64,000 nucleotides of DNA from Vitrella brassicaformis CCMP3155 (GCA_001179505.1 CDMY01000438.1:12320-76319); one strand, 5' to 3'. Shown: positions 47,395 to 58,680, numbered from the stretch's first letter. Notes: generated by a model not told the origin, from the sequence alone. Program-made: numbers and translations.

Positions 47395-48751
47395 CCACAC
47401 ACCACACACCACACACCACACAGACGACACCCCTGCCCACAACCCTCCATCCATCCATCCATCAGGCAAGCTCAGCGAGGCCCTGAGAGGACAGCCATAC
47501 AACCTACCTCACGAGGAGATCCAGCGGAGAGTGAGGGAGGCGTGGGAGCGTGGGGCGACCGAGGTGTGTCTGCAGGGCGGCATACACCCCGACTACACCG
47601 GCCAGACCTACCTCGACATACTGCGGGCCGTCAAGGAGGCCGCCCCCCACACACACGTCCACGCATTCAGCCCTCTAGAGGTACCTGGGTGGGTGGCTAT
47701 GTCAGCATACAGTACATGGATGGATTGACACACAACACAACACGCGGCATTGTCTGTCGTCTCCGCATTGGCTGGCAGGTGCAGCAGGGCGCATCAACTC
47801 TCGGCATATCAGTGAGGGATTTCCTGACTCAGCTGAAGGAGGCCGGACTTGGGTCGCTCCCAGGCACTGCTGCAGAGATACTCGACGACGGTGTCCGTGC
47901 AGTGCTGTGTCCCGACAAGCTGTCGACCGAGCAGTGGGTGGATGTGGTGAGGGCGGCTCATGAAGTGGGCCTCAAGACCACCAGCACCATCATGTTTGGA
48001 TCGATGGAGGGCGCACAGATGCAGGCCAGACACCTGCTGCGGATTCGCGACCTACAGGCAAGCAGGACCGACGCAGCGAACACACTGCAGGCATCCGCCC
48101 GAGCGTGTGTGTGTGTATGCTTCAGAGGGAGACGGGCGGCATTACAGAGTTCGTGCCTTTGCCCTTTGTGCACCAAGAAGCCCCCATCTATCTCAAGGGC
48201 CGCGCACGCAGAGGCCCCACTTTCAGAGAGGTGGTGGCCCTTCACGCCGTGGCCCGCCTGGCCCTGCACCCCTACGTGACCAACATCCAGACGTCATGGG
48301 TCAAGAACGGCCCACTGGGTGCGTGGGTGGTGCTGCAGAGCGGCGCCAACGACCTGGGGGGCACTCTGATGAACGAGAGCATATCACGGGCAGCCGGGGC
48401 CACGCATGGACAGGTGAGTGAGTGGTCAAGGGACACGTGAGTGGGTGGATGGATGGATGGATGCAGGAGTTTGGTCCCCGTGAGATGGAGCAGTTGGTTG
48501 CATCTCTTCCCCTCGACGCCCCTCAGCAGCGGCGGACACCATGGCAGCGCACCACCCTCTACACGCCAGCATCGCAGGTCAGGCAGGACAGGAAGCACAC
48601 TGACGTATGTATGCACCATGGACCGACCATCGTGTCTGTGTATACATGTGTGTGTGCGCGCCAGGAGCGAGCACTGCGTGCCCTTGATGCGGCCCCATTG
48701 GCGCCTGTGGAGAATGCGCCGGCCAAGAAATACGAGCGCACGGCGGCGTAG
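44709..48751 (+). CDS. fbiC: Bifunctional FO (7,8-didemethyl-8-hydroxy-5-deazariboflavin) synthase, CofG-CofH fusion
   Basis: CofG '[24 protein letters not shown]', 'PHANPG', '[23 protein letters not shown]'. CofH '[23 protein letters not shown]', '[10 protein letters not shown]', '[12 protein letters not shown]', 'TEFVPLPF', 'NIQTSWVK', '[20 protein letters not shown]'. Two CxxxCxxC radical-SAM motifs. Confidence 0.96.
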
Positions 48752-49424
48752 ATTGTGTATGGTGTGTTTGCGGCAGTTCGTCTCATGTGTATGTGGGTGA
48801 TGTGTATCTAGCTGGATGGATGGATGGAAGCCGTGTGGCGTTTACGTGTATGCTGTCTGTATCTATAGGGACAATTTAAGTGAGTAGGGGGGTGGGACGG
48901 ACTGTTACGGGGTCATGCAATCATTCAAACCAGTGCTGTCTGTATACATGCGCTGGATGTCTGCACACGTCTGTGCACGAGCCTTGTGTGGTGTTGGCGG
49001 CCGCGTCACGACAGGCTACTCCTCTCAGTGCCGAGACTCCTGAGAGGAATGGCCTGTCAGATCGGCCTGCAACACCACGCAAGGCATATGAGAATCGCCC
49101 AATACACTCGCTGCCTATTCTTTCTTCTCTCCGTCAACAGTCAGTCATCCGATCACTGCAGCCGATGCTGTACACGCACTGCATGTCTGTCTGTCTGTCT
49201 GTCTGTACACGAGATATGAGATATCTCCTCGCACTCCATCCACGTTCCTACCATGCCCTTAAGGACCACCACGACACGATGCTCCAGCCAACGCTGAGGC
49301 CATTGGCAGGAACAGAATGTCGTGGCCAACCCCAACGCCACATTGCAAGGCGCATGGGAGGAAAGGCGACACACTCGTTCGATTCGTATGTCATTCTTCA
49401 CCACTACACTCGGTATGCATTGCA

Positions 49425-49861
49425 TCATTCTCTCTGCCCACTGCCCCGACCCCCAAGTGTCATGACGCCAGGCAGGAATGCGTTTCTGTCATAGTCTTCC
49501 AGCAGCTTGTCGTCCTCGTAGTCGACGAGACCCTGTAGCAGGGTGGCCAGTTGGAAGGTGAAGAACCCTTCCAGCAGTGGGAAGATGGGCAGCAGGTCCG
49601 GTTGCCGACTCCACACATACATCATCACACCGGGCACTAACAGCCTGCATGACACAACAAAACAAACAACGTCCACATATATTGGGAAAGGAGATGAGAG
49701 CATTCTTGGGTGGGTGGGTGGGTGGGTGGGTGGGTGGATTGCTCGCTCGTTTACCGACCGTATGGGTGTGTTGAAGAGGCGCTGCTTTTCGGCGCCGAGG
49801 GCCTCCACATACCGACCCAGCACCTGCACATACGCCAGACCTGCGCACACACATCCAACAC

Positions 49862-49892
<31 letters not shown>

Positions 49893-50699
49893 TGAGCCGA
49901 CGTGCTCTTTGGGCGCGGCGCATGTCATTCACGCACCGAATATGCCTCCAAACGCATAGCTGAGAGAGGGCTGGACTCCGACCAGGCCCCACTGGAGTGA
50001 GAAACCAACCACCAAGAGGAGCAGGAGGTCGCTGAGCAGCCGCGCCTTGCGCGCACTGTACACCAGCTGCTGGCGCGTCTGCTGCTCCTCTTTCTCTCTC
50101 TGCCGCCTCGCCTCGTCCGCCTGGCGCCTGGCGACCATCTCTTGCCTTTGTTGTGCATCTTGTGTCGGCCTCTCCGGGGCATCGATGGGTATACAGCTGG
50201 CAGTCTTGAGATCGTACGCCGCCTTGTTCTTCAGAACAGATGGCGACTGAGAGATAGAGACAGACAGGGTCCATGTCAGTCATGAGTGCACGCGAATGTG
50301 TTGGCTTGGCCAACTCCCACGTACCATGGTGAGTATGGCCTCTTCGCGCTTCTCCTGTCTTATTCTCTCGAGCTTGTCGGGTGCCAGTAAATAGAGAGGC
50401 CTCCCAAGCTCTTCACGCTGCAGATCCTCGGCACTCTTCCAGATGGGCTGACTGCCAGGCGCGCCGTACTCAGAGAAGCCGCCTCGCTCGTCGATGCCGT
50501 CAGCATCAGCAGCATCAGGGCCACCATTGTGTGTTGCATCACCGTGCAGGGCGTGCAGTGGCCTGTGTGTGCTGACGAGAGGCCGCCGGCGTGTGAGGGA
50601 TCTAAATGGCCGGCGGGGCGGCACGAGCAGCGGCGGCGCATGAAAGGCCGTCAAGGGAAGGGTCGTGGGCAGCGAACCGATGGCAAATGAGCCCGTCAT
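49425..50699 (-). CDS. Hypothetical membrane protein, paralog of 57025-58413
   Basis: N-terminus nearly identical to the 57025 ORF. TM segment 'LLVVGFSLQW...SY..GGI.G' is shared. Multi-exon, 3' end approximate. Confidence 0.6.
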
Positions 50700-50830
50700 T
50701 TCACGTTTCGGCCTTTCATCAAGGCTTAGCTCGCAGATGTGTGCGAGCTCAAAGATCTCACCCACGAATGCGCTCAAACACCGGGTTTCTGGATGCCGTC
50801 ACCTTGCTGGCAGTGAAGCAGAGAGGATCA
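50414..50830. repeat. Inverted duplication arm; partner at 56899-57310
   Basis: The reverse complement of 50830 downward (tgatcctctctgcttcactgccagc...) aligns with few mismatches to 56899 onward, through gaggatctgca. Confidence 0.92.
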
Positions 50831-50862
50831 AGCTGCTGCAGCCCGAAGAGGGCCATGAAGAG

Positions 50863-51672
50863 ATGATTCGCGGTCAGGTGTTTGAAGAGGGTGGCAGCGC
50901 TATTGGTTTCGGCCTTCTTGCTGGGCCGGATATCCTGCTCACGGCGGCACACGTGGCGCCGACCGCTGCCACGGTCAAGCTCGGTCAAGAGAAAGTCCGC
51001 GTCGATGGGTGCTATGTGATGCCCGAGTACATCCGCCACGGCCACCCCGACGTCGCCCTTCTCACTCTGACGACGCGAGTGGCATCCTTCGCCGGCCCGA
51101 TCCCCATCGCGACTCACCTCCGACCTCGCCACCTCCTCATGTGTGACACCACTCTTCACAACCGCTACTTCGGAGGGAGCGTCGTCAAGGTGCATACGGT
51201 GACAATCGGCGGCACGACGACAGAGGGCGGCACGACGATGCCCGTGTGGCTGCAAGTGCAAGGGACTAGCCCCCAAGAGGGTGACTCGGGCAGCGACCTG
51301 GCGCTTCCGTGCGGCAAAACGGCAGCGGTCGTTCACGGACTGTCGCCACACCGTGGGCAGGGTCGCCACGCCAGTCGACCGCGCAGGGAGCATCCCTACC
51401 CGTTCTTATACGCCTGCCCGCTCGACTGCTTGAGGCAGCCAGCGTTGTTTCATCGGATCCCCAAGGATCACCTGCCTCTTCTCAGCGCACTCGAGACCCT
51501 TCCGCCCACCTTCTTCGAGAGCCGCTGCGAGAAGATGAGCATCGAACGGTGGCTGCAGATGGTGAAATACGTGCCTCCCGCGGACATAGATGTACGGCTT
51601 ACTCGTACACTGCCTGAACAAGTGTGGGATTGTTCATCACAATATGACGATTTTGTTGGTGCAGACGAGTAA
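50863..51672 (+). CDS. Intronless trypsin-like (S1/PA clan) serine protease
   Basis: Catalytic triad motifs LLTAAHV, PDVALL and GDSGS in one uninterrupted ORF. No signal peptide. Confidence 0.85.
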   Translation: MIRGQVFEEGGSAIGFGLLAGPDILLTAAHVAPTAATVKLGQEKVRVDGCYVMPEYIRHGHPDVALLTLTTRVASFAGPIPIATHLRPRHLLMCDTTLHNRYFGGSVVKVHTVTIGGTTTEGGTTMPVWLQVQGTSPQEGDSGSDLALPCGKTAAVVHGLSPHRGQGRHASRPRREHPYPFLYACPLDCLRQPALFHRIPKDHLPLLSALETLPPTFFESRCEKMSIERWLQMVKYVPPADIDVRLTRTLPEQVWDCSSQYDDFVGADE

Positions 51673-51899
51673 ATTGCTCTCGGCCCCAACAACCATGCGG
51701 ATAAGCACACCACCTCGGCGGACCAGGCGTAGCGAGAATGCGAGGGGCAGCTCTGAAACCGGTGATGAACAGGGCAACAAGCCAGAGGTGCGAAAAGAAA
51801 TATCAAACGGATACGAATGCAATCCTGGGTAGACATGTGTGTGTGTGTGTGTGTGTGTGATGCAAAGACTGGTGGTGGTGGCTGGCTCTGCGGGTTCGG

Positions 51900-52287
51900 A
51901 GCTGCGTTGAGGAGCAGTGAGCCCGATTTGCGGACTGCCGTGACGGACGCTTTTAGCGAGATGAACGACCGATTTGGCATGCTGGTCACCGAGGTCAACG
52001 ACCGATTTGGCATGCTGGCCACCGAGATCAACGACCGATTCGACAAGCAGTATGAGCTGTTCGCTGGCTTCCCGGATCCCGAGCGCCCGCCATCAGTACT
52101 GCACTGGGAGCCATTCAAGACCGAAGCAAAGAAGATGCTCCATGTGGCGGACGCGGCGTTTGACAACTTACGCCTTGGCGCCCTCTTGGATCGTGTTGCA
52201 GCCGTCGTCCAAGAGGGGCAGGCTTTGACACAGGAACAGGTATTTATGCAGAATACAAGTCAGGCGCGGACATGCACTCGCACTTAG
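51900..52287 (+). CDS. Possible coding segment with an 11-aa coiled-coil repeat; gene model unclear
   Basis: 33-bp tandem repeat (about 2.3 copies, 51964-52040) encodes NDRFGMLVTEV-NDRFGMLATEI-NDRF. Confidence 0.4.
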
Positions 52288-53228
52288 ACAGGCCAACGGT
52301 GAAGGCGGTGTGGTCGCTGGATGCGTGCCTTTTTGCAGCTGTCTGCGTTGAACCTCACTGAGGCTCCTTCTTCTTCCCTGGGGTGTATAGCATAGGTGCG
52401 GCACACGGAGATTGAGCGGTGGCCTTTCTACCAACATCTCTCTCTCTCTCTCTCTCTGTGTGTCTGTCTGTCTGTCTGTGTGTCTGTGTGTTTGGGTACT
52501 TTGATGCTCTGTGTGTGTGTCTGGGTACTTCGATGTACCTAGATGATTCGACAGTCTGTCTGGGTGTATGCGCCCTTTCGTTCTTCTCAGTGATGGAACA
52601 TCCATTCTCGGTCCTGCCTGTGTCCAAAGGCGAGCCAGAATTGAGACAAGTCAGACGGCAACATGAGGGTGCATTTAATTGTGGATATCGATGTGTGTTG
52701 GTCTGGCGAACGCTATGTGTGCCATCGCATTGTACTGACAGACGTGTGTGATTGTGAAGTTTGCACGTGCGTATCGATGCACAAAGTAAATGAATACACA
52801 CACCACACCCACAAGCACACACACACACCAATTGACAGACACGTGTCGAGCACTGAGGCCGATCATTGAGTGCACTCATTGTTTTATTAAACAGACGTGT
52901 GTATGGAGGCGCATACAAGACATGTACATCCACACGCACACGGACCGGACGGACGCCGTGTGTGACCGACCAAAGCTGACTGACTGACTCAATAATTAAC
53001 GTGACGTGTCGGTCCGTTCGTGCCGTCCTGCAGCGTCTTTCTGCAGACAGAGGACGAACATCCCTTCTCTAGCACTACACTCGGCTAATTACGACCGCAT
53101 AGGTTACATATCTCTCTCTCTACGCATCATGTGTTACTACGGCAAAACCCAGTCAGTCTACCAAGTGATCAAATCAACCACCAAAATCCAGCTGCTACAT
53201 ATGGGCCTTGCTAGCTGTGGCCAGCCTC

Positions 53229-56200
53229 TCAGTCTGAACTTCGGCTTTTGAGCTTGGTTCCTCTGTTTGGTGGCTTCAATACCTGGGGGCGTTCGTATGA
53301 TGCAGACACACACACACACACACACACAGAGAGAGAGAGAAGAGAGAGAGAGGACGTCATGTGGCCGGCCGGACGTGTCGAGTGTTGACCGTGTCAGTCA
53401 GTGCGACCGACTTGCCTTGTAGATGCGGACGATCCAGTTTTGCGATGTGAAAGCCTCCTCGAGATGTTTGAACGTCACGTCCTTCTTGCCGATCTCGGAG
53501 TTTCTGATAGATAGATAGATCCACCGACCGCCCACACACATAACATACAAACGGAACCGTATGGATGGCAATGGGTAGGGGTGGATGTGGTGTGGTGTGT
53601 GATAGGCAGGCACCTGGCGTAGTCGAATCCTCTTGAGATTTCGGCGAATCGGTAGTAGCAGCACTTGTACATGAGCGAGTTGATCATCGTCTGAGAGGCG
53701 TCCTTGCCAACAGAATACTGCACGGACACACACACACACACACGGGGATGAGATGGTTGCTGCCATGTGGACTTCGTGTCGTGTTTGTGTGGCTGCCTGA
53801 CTGACCCCTCTGGTGGTTGGGCTCATGAAGTCGGCCTCCTGCACTCGTGGGTAGACACCCGATGCGATTCGGATCATCCACAGGAACTTGTTGATGTCGT
53901 CAGACTGGTAACGCGCCACACCACCGAACACAACCTACGTAGACACACAGAGAGAGGGAGGGAGGGAGGGAGAGAGGGAGAGACGCAGGCAATTTCGCTG
54001 TAGGCGGGCGGTATGGTGAGCTCACTGACTGACCAGGACGTAATCGACGTCATGTTTGAGCAGGATGGGGTAGGCGTCCTCCTCCTTGGATGCCCACGCC
54101 TGAGAGAATTGACACACTCACATGAGCGACGGACGGATGAGCCGTGATGCTGTTTCTTCCCCCCACTGACCAGTCCGACAGTAGCGATGTGCGTGTTGTT
54201 CCATGTGTTGTTGTCCACCAGGACTGTGCGGTTGCCCATCGTCGTTATCTGATAGCCGTAGTCCCACCTACCCATCCATCCGTCAGACAAACAGAGCCAT
54301 CCATCGATGTGTGTGTGTGTGTTTAGGAAGGGGTCGGCTGGTGTGCCTACCATGACATGATTCGCGATCTGGGGTAGGTGTTCTGCCTCAGCCAGTAGTA
54401 GGCCTCACGGAAGTCATCCTGGATGTGGCGCGCACCATCGCGGCCGCGGTGAGCTGCCAGACACACCACCCCACCCACACACATACCCTACCCGTCCAGT
54501 CAGTCGCTTTGCCTTTCACGTGTGTGTGTGTGTGTGTGTGGATACCCACCGAGCACGATGGAGGGGTGTGAGTAGGCGACAGAGGACGTCCATGTGCAGT
54601 GGGCCACATACTGCACGCACACACAAGACAGACACAGAGAGACAGGCGGTTCTTCTTCACACTTCTCTCTGTTTGACTTCATACCTTGACGGTGCAATAC
54701 AGGAGGAATCCCAGGCCAAGAAGCGCCAGCGTTCGCGACATATTGCCTGTCGGGGCCTCACCAAACGACATAAACGACGACAGCGACGCTCCCGCGCGGC
54801 TGCCCTTCTGCACAAACAACCAAAGGTCGGATACTGATTGCATGTGTGCGTGTCTTCGTCCTTGGGCTTTGGTGGATGTCCTACGGCCTTGAGCTTGGCT
54901 TTTTGGAGGGCGGTAGGTGACTTGGCGTAGGTGACGAAGGCGCTGAGCAGCCAGGACAAGCCGATGGCGGCCAGCACGGCAGCGGCGGGGGCCAGCACAA
55001 GCATCAAGCGGATCATCACACCTACACACACATCCACATCCACATCCACATCCACATCCACGTCCACGCATCCATCCATCAGGCTCTCACTCCCTCCTTT
55101 TCGCACGGACACACCCACACATTTGTACCTGAGAAGTAGACGGAGAGAATGCCGTATAGTCCGGCGAACACCATTCCGTCGGTCATGTGCTTGAAGCACA
55201 CCAACAGGCCGATGGGCGCCAGGAGGATGAGGATGTGAAGGTCCAGGATGTACGCCGACCAGGTCGTGGGCTGGTGCTCTGACACCGATGCTATGATCGG
55301 GATGTACCTGCAAAGTGATTGATGGATGCGAACGAAAGGCATCCATCCATCCGTCAACCATGTGTGTCATGTGTCTCTGTGTGTGTGTGTGTGGTGGTAG
55401 TACTTTGATGCGTAAGTGGGGTCCAGCAGAGTCATCGATCGCCCCGACCAACGGGACTTCCCCTGAGCGATGGACAAAACACACATTCCACATAGATGCG
55501 CCAGTGGCCAGCGGCTTCTCTTGTTCGGCCTACGGTGATGGTGAGGTATGAGAAGAGGAGCAGGAATGCGCCGACGACACCCACGACGAGCACCCTGACC
55601 AGGAACTTGATGCCCTCTCGCGGAATGAGATCCCGCAAATACTGACTCGCCATGTACGCCTGATCCATCCATCCATCCATCGATGCATTCACGCATTCAC
55701 TCATGGAGCGCGTGTGCACGTGTGTGGTGTACCAAGAGCATGAGGAAGACGCCGTGTGACGCCATGTGCTCCGATGAGGTGACGGCCTGGAAGTTGACGA
55801 ACGGGATGTTCAGACACAGCATCGTCCCAATGATGTACCTATTCGCCCACACACACAGGCAGGGTGCGGTGCATTTGTGTTTGCTTGTGTGTGTGTCTGT
55901 GTGTGTTTGTGAGCGTGTGTCATCATATTCAGTCGCCCACTCACTCACCAAGTGCAGAAGACGACAAAGTGTCTGCCTGTCACTCGCCCCAGCAGTGTCA
56001 TGGCCACCATATAGATGGACACTGTGTTGGTGATGAAGACGTAGCCGCCCCAGGCAGACACCATGTAGAAGTACGCCAGCGCCGCCAGCATGCCCCACAG
56101 CATCGTCCCCGTGTGGATGGCCTTGACGAACACGTAGAAGGAGAACACCAGCGCAAAGATGGCCACTCCCTCGTTGTCGTAAGACCCAGCCACCGATCGC

Positions 56201-56840
56201 GAGAGATATGAAGGCGCGATGCCCAGGAACACCGCGCCGAGCAGCCCAGCCTCAGACCGCCCGGTGACCTCTTTGGTGAAAAGGTATGATGCCATGGCGG
56301 CGCATCCCGAGAAGAGGGGAGCGAGGAAGACGCAGACGTCCTTGATGTCGATCATGATGCCGAAGAAGTGGAGGGCGTGGAATATGAGGTAGGATGTGGT
56401 CATCAGGCCGGGGTAGAGCGTCTGTCCGATGACGCGGCCGAGCGGGTACCAGGAACCCTCGTCGAACCAGTTCCAGAACTCATAGTAGCCCTCGCGCGAG
56501 AGGAAGCGCGTCGTGCGGAAGTTAAAGTAGGGGTCGAACTCGTGAATGACGCTCTCGAAGCGGATCACGGCGAACAGACGGATGAAGAAACTCATCACGC
56601 AGATGAGAAACAGAATCGAGTACTCGAGGACGGGAGACCATCGCTTGCCGACCTTATTGATGGTTCTCGTCACCTAAAGGACAAGCAAACGAAACGAGTG
56701 AGTGAAGCGCGGGGAAACAAACAAACCGAGAAGCAGACACGACAGGATGTGGCGAAGAGTTGTGTTGAGTGATCTGCTGTGTGTCTGCTTGCCTCATTGT
56801 CGAGCAGGAAGTCCACAGGCCCTTCACTGCTTGGCTTCAT
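53229..56840 (-). CDS. STT3: Oligosaccharyltransferase catalytic subunit STT3
   Basis: '[16 protein letters not shown]', '[15 protein letters not shown]', '[13 protein letters not shown]', '[10 protein letters not shown]', 'SW|WDYGYQI...[10 protein letters not shown]', '[12 protein letters not shown]'. Confidence 0.98.
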
Positions 56841-56898
56841 CTCTGTCTGCAACACCTGCCTGCCACTTGCACAAGGCGTCTCGTTCTCAACCAAAGCG

Positions 56899-57310
56899 TG
56901 ATCCTCTCTGCTTCACTGCCAGCCAGGTGACTGCATCCAGAAATCACGGCTGTTTGAGCGCATTCCACCTCAGATCTTTGAGCTCGCACATCGTCTGCGA
57001 GCTACGCTTGCCAAGAAATGCGAGATGACGGGCTCATTTGCCATCGGTTCGCTGCCCACGGCCCTTCCCTTGACGGCCTTTCATGCGCCGCCGCTGCTCG
57101 TGCCGCCCCGCCGGCCATTTAGATCCCTCACACGCCGGCGGCCTCTCGTCAGCACACACAGGCCACTGCACGCCCTGCACGGTGATGCACCACACGATGG
57201 TGACCCTGATGCTGCTGATGCTGACGGCATCGACGAGCGAGGCGGCTTCTATGAGTACGGCGCGCCCGGTAGTCAGCCCCTTTACAACGCCTCTGAGGAT
57301 CTGCAACGTG
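56899..57310. repeat. Inverted duplication arm; partner at 50414-50830
   Basis: See 50414-50830. Confidence 0.92.
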
Positions 57311-58413
57311 ACCAGATCATTGACGTGCGGGGCGGCTTTCGTGCCTTTGAGGTGCCAGGCAGTCAGCCCCTCTACATGGCCCCTCATGACCAGCAGCATG
57401 AGCAGCGCCGCAACGCTACCGATGATGCAGCCGCCAAGCGGACAAACGACACAGAAGAGGAAGAAGGGCCGCCGGGCATCATCACCAAATTAACCGAGGC
57501 TTTGTACGAGAGAGGAGAGATGGAGCGCGGCAAGGAGCCAGCGGAGCTGGTGTATGAGCGAGGAAAGGGACGGCTGCGGGCTGACATCGTGACGCTGCTC
57601 GTGGTGGGCTTCTCGCTACAGTGGTTCACGGCGGGTGTCGGCCGGGCAATCAGCTACACGGTCGGAGGCATACTTGGTGAGTGCATCCGTCGCTGGGAGC
57701 GAGATGCACGCATGCACAGATCTGCCTCGCTGGTCGTTACATATCTGTCTGTCTGTCTGTTCTCTCTGCGTGTTGTAGGCATGGTGTATGCGCTGATGCC
57801 GCGCGCATGGGCCTCGCTGCAGCGGCTCTTCAAGCCGATTTTCAAGCCGTGCGGCTTGCTCTTGAAGGCCGTTTGGTCAGCCGTCGAAATAGTCGACCGC
57901 ACGGCCAAGATGATATTTGAGGAGCTGCATCTGGGGCTGGTTTATGACCTGGCGCAGCTGTGGTTCCTCTTCCGGTTTCGGCCGAGGATTCCAGAGGATT
58001 GGGACACGACCCGGCTGAGGGAGGCAATGCATTTGGCCTTTTTTGCAGTGTACGGCTTCTGCGTCTCCTGCCTCGCCGTCGGTCTCCACTCGATCGTCGA
58101 TTGCATCATCCTGCTTACCCTTAGGGTAAGAAGGGGACTCTCTAAGTTTAGTGGGCGACTGCCCGCGTATGTGATGTCATCGGTCGTGTACACTGCATTG
58201 TACCTGAAGACGCCTCTTTCAGCGGAGGAGAGCGTTATACGAAAGATAGCCAGAGCCCTCAAGAAGTGCTGGTCCCTCGTGGTTACACGTGCAGTCCGGG
58301 TGTGCTATGTGTGTCTGTTGTATCTGTACGAGGGCCGGGGACCCTACCCTCCTGTCGACGAGGGCAAGGAGCAGATAGGGCGGGCCACAGAAGACAAAAG
58401 CCAGAGGCAGTGA
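57025..58413 (+). CDS. Hypothetical multi-TM protein with a transit-peptide-like N-terminus
   Basis: 462-aa ORF with one probable in-frame intron near 57679-57778, several hydrophobic helices, and an Arg/Pro/Ser-rich segment after 'TAF'. Confidence 0.65.
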   Translation: MTGSFAIGSLPTALPLTAFHAPPLLVPPRRPFRSLTRRRPLVSTHRPLHALHGDAPHDGDPDAADADGIDERGGFYEYGAPGSQPLYNASEDLQRDQIIDVRGGFRAFEVPGSQPLYMAPHDQQHEQRRNATDDAAAKRTNDTEEEEGPPGIITKLTEALYERGEMERGKEPAELVYERGKGRLRADIVTLLVVGFSLQWFTAGVGRAISYTVGGILGECIRRWERDARMHRSASLVVTYLSVCLFSLRVVGMVYALMPRAWASLQRLFKPIFKPCGLLLKAVWSAVEIVDRTAKMIFEELHLGLVYDLAQLWFLFRFRPRIPEDWDTTRLREAMHLAFFAVYGFCVSCLAVGLHSIVDCIILLTLRVRRGLSKFSGRLPAYVMSSVVYTALYLKTPLSAEESVIRKIARALKKCWSLVVTRAVRVCYVCLLYLYEGRGPYPPVDEGKEQIGRATEDKSQRQ

Positions 58414-58680
58414 GTGTTTATCGTCCTGCGTTGCATGATTTCTTTACATGAGTTTTTCTTGCTCCGTGTGGACTGGACACGAACAGGTTCGTGGAGACAG
58501 AGGGATGGGATGAATCATCAATTAATTGTATTCGAGCGCGTCAGTCGCGTGATTCCAGCTCTCTCATATGAGTCTGTCTCGTATCGCACGGGCACATGCA
58601 CGCAAAAGAAAAAAGAACGGTCATCCGTCTGCTGACAGACATGGCGTGGCGGCAAAGCACCACGTGATCGTAGTGGCTCT

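Noticed and set aside
10795-48751. A light-sensing gene cluster (LOV-like PAS, GAF, LHC, FO synthase)
   Set aside because: The genes are spread over about 38 kb among unrelated housekeeping genes, with no evidence of functional clustering.
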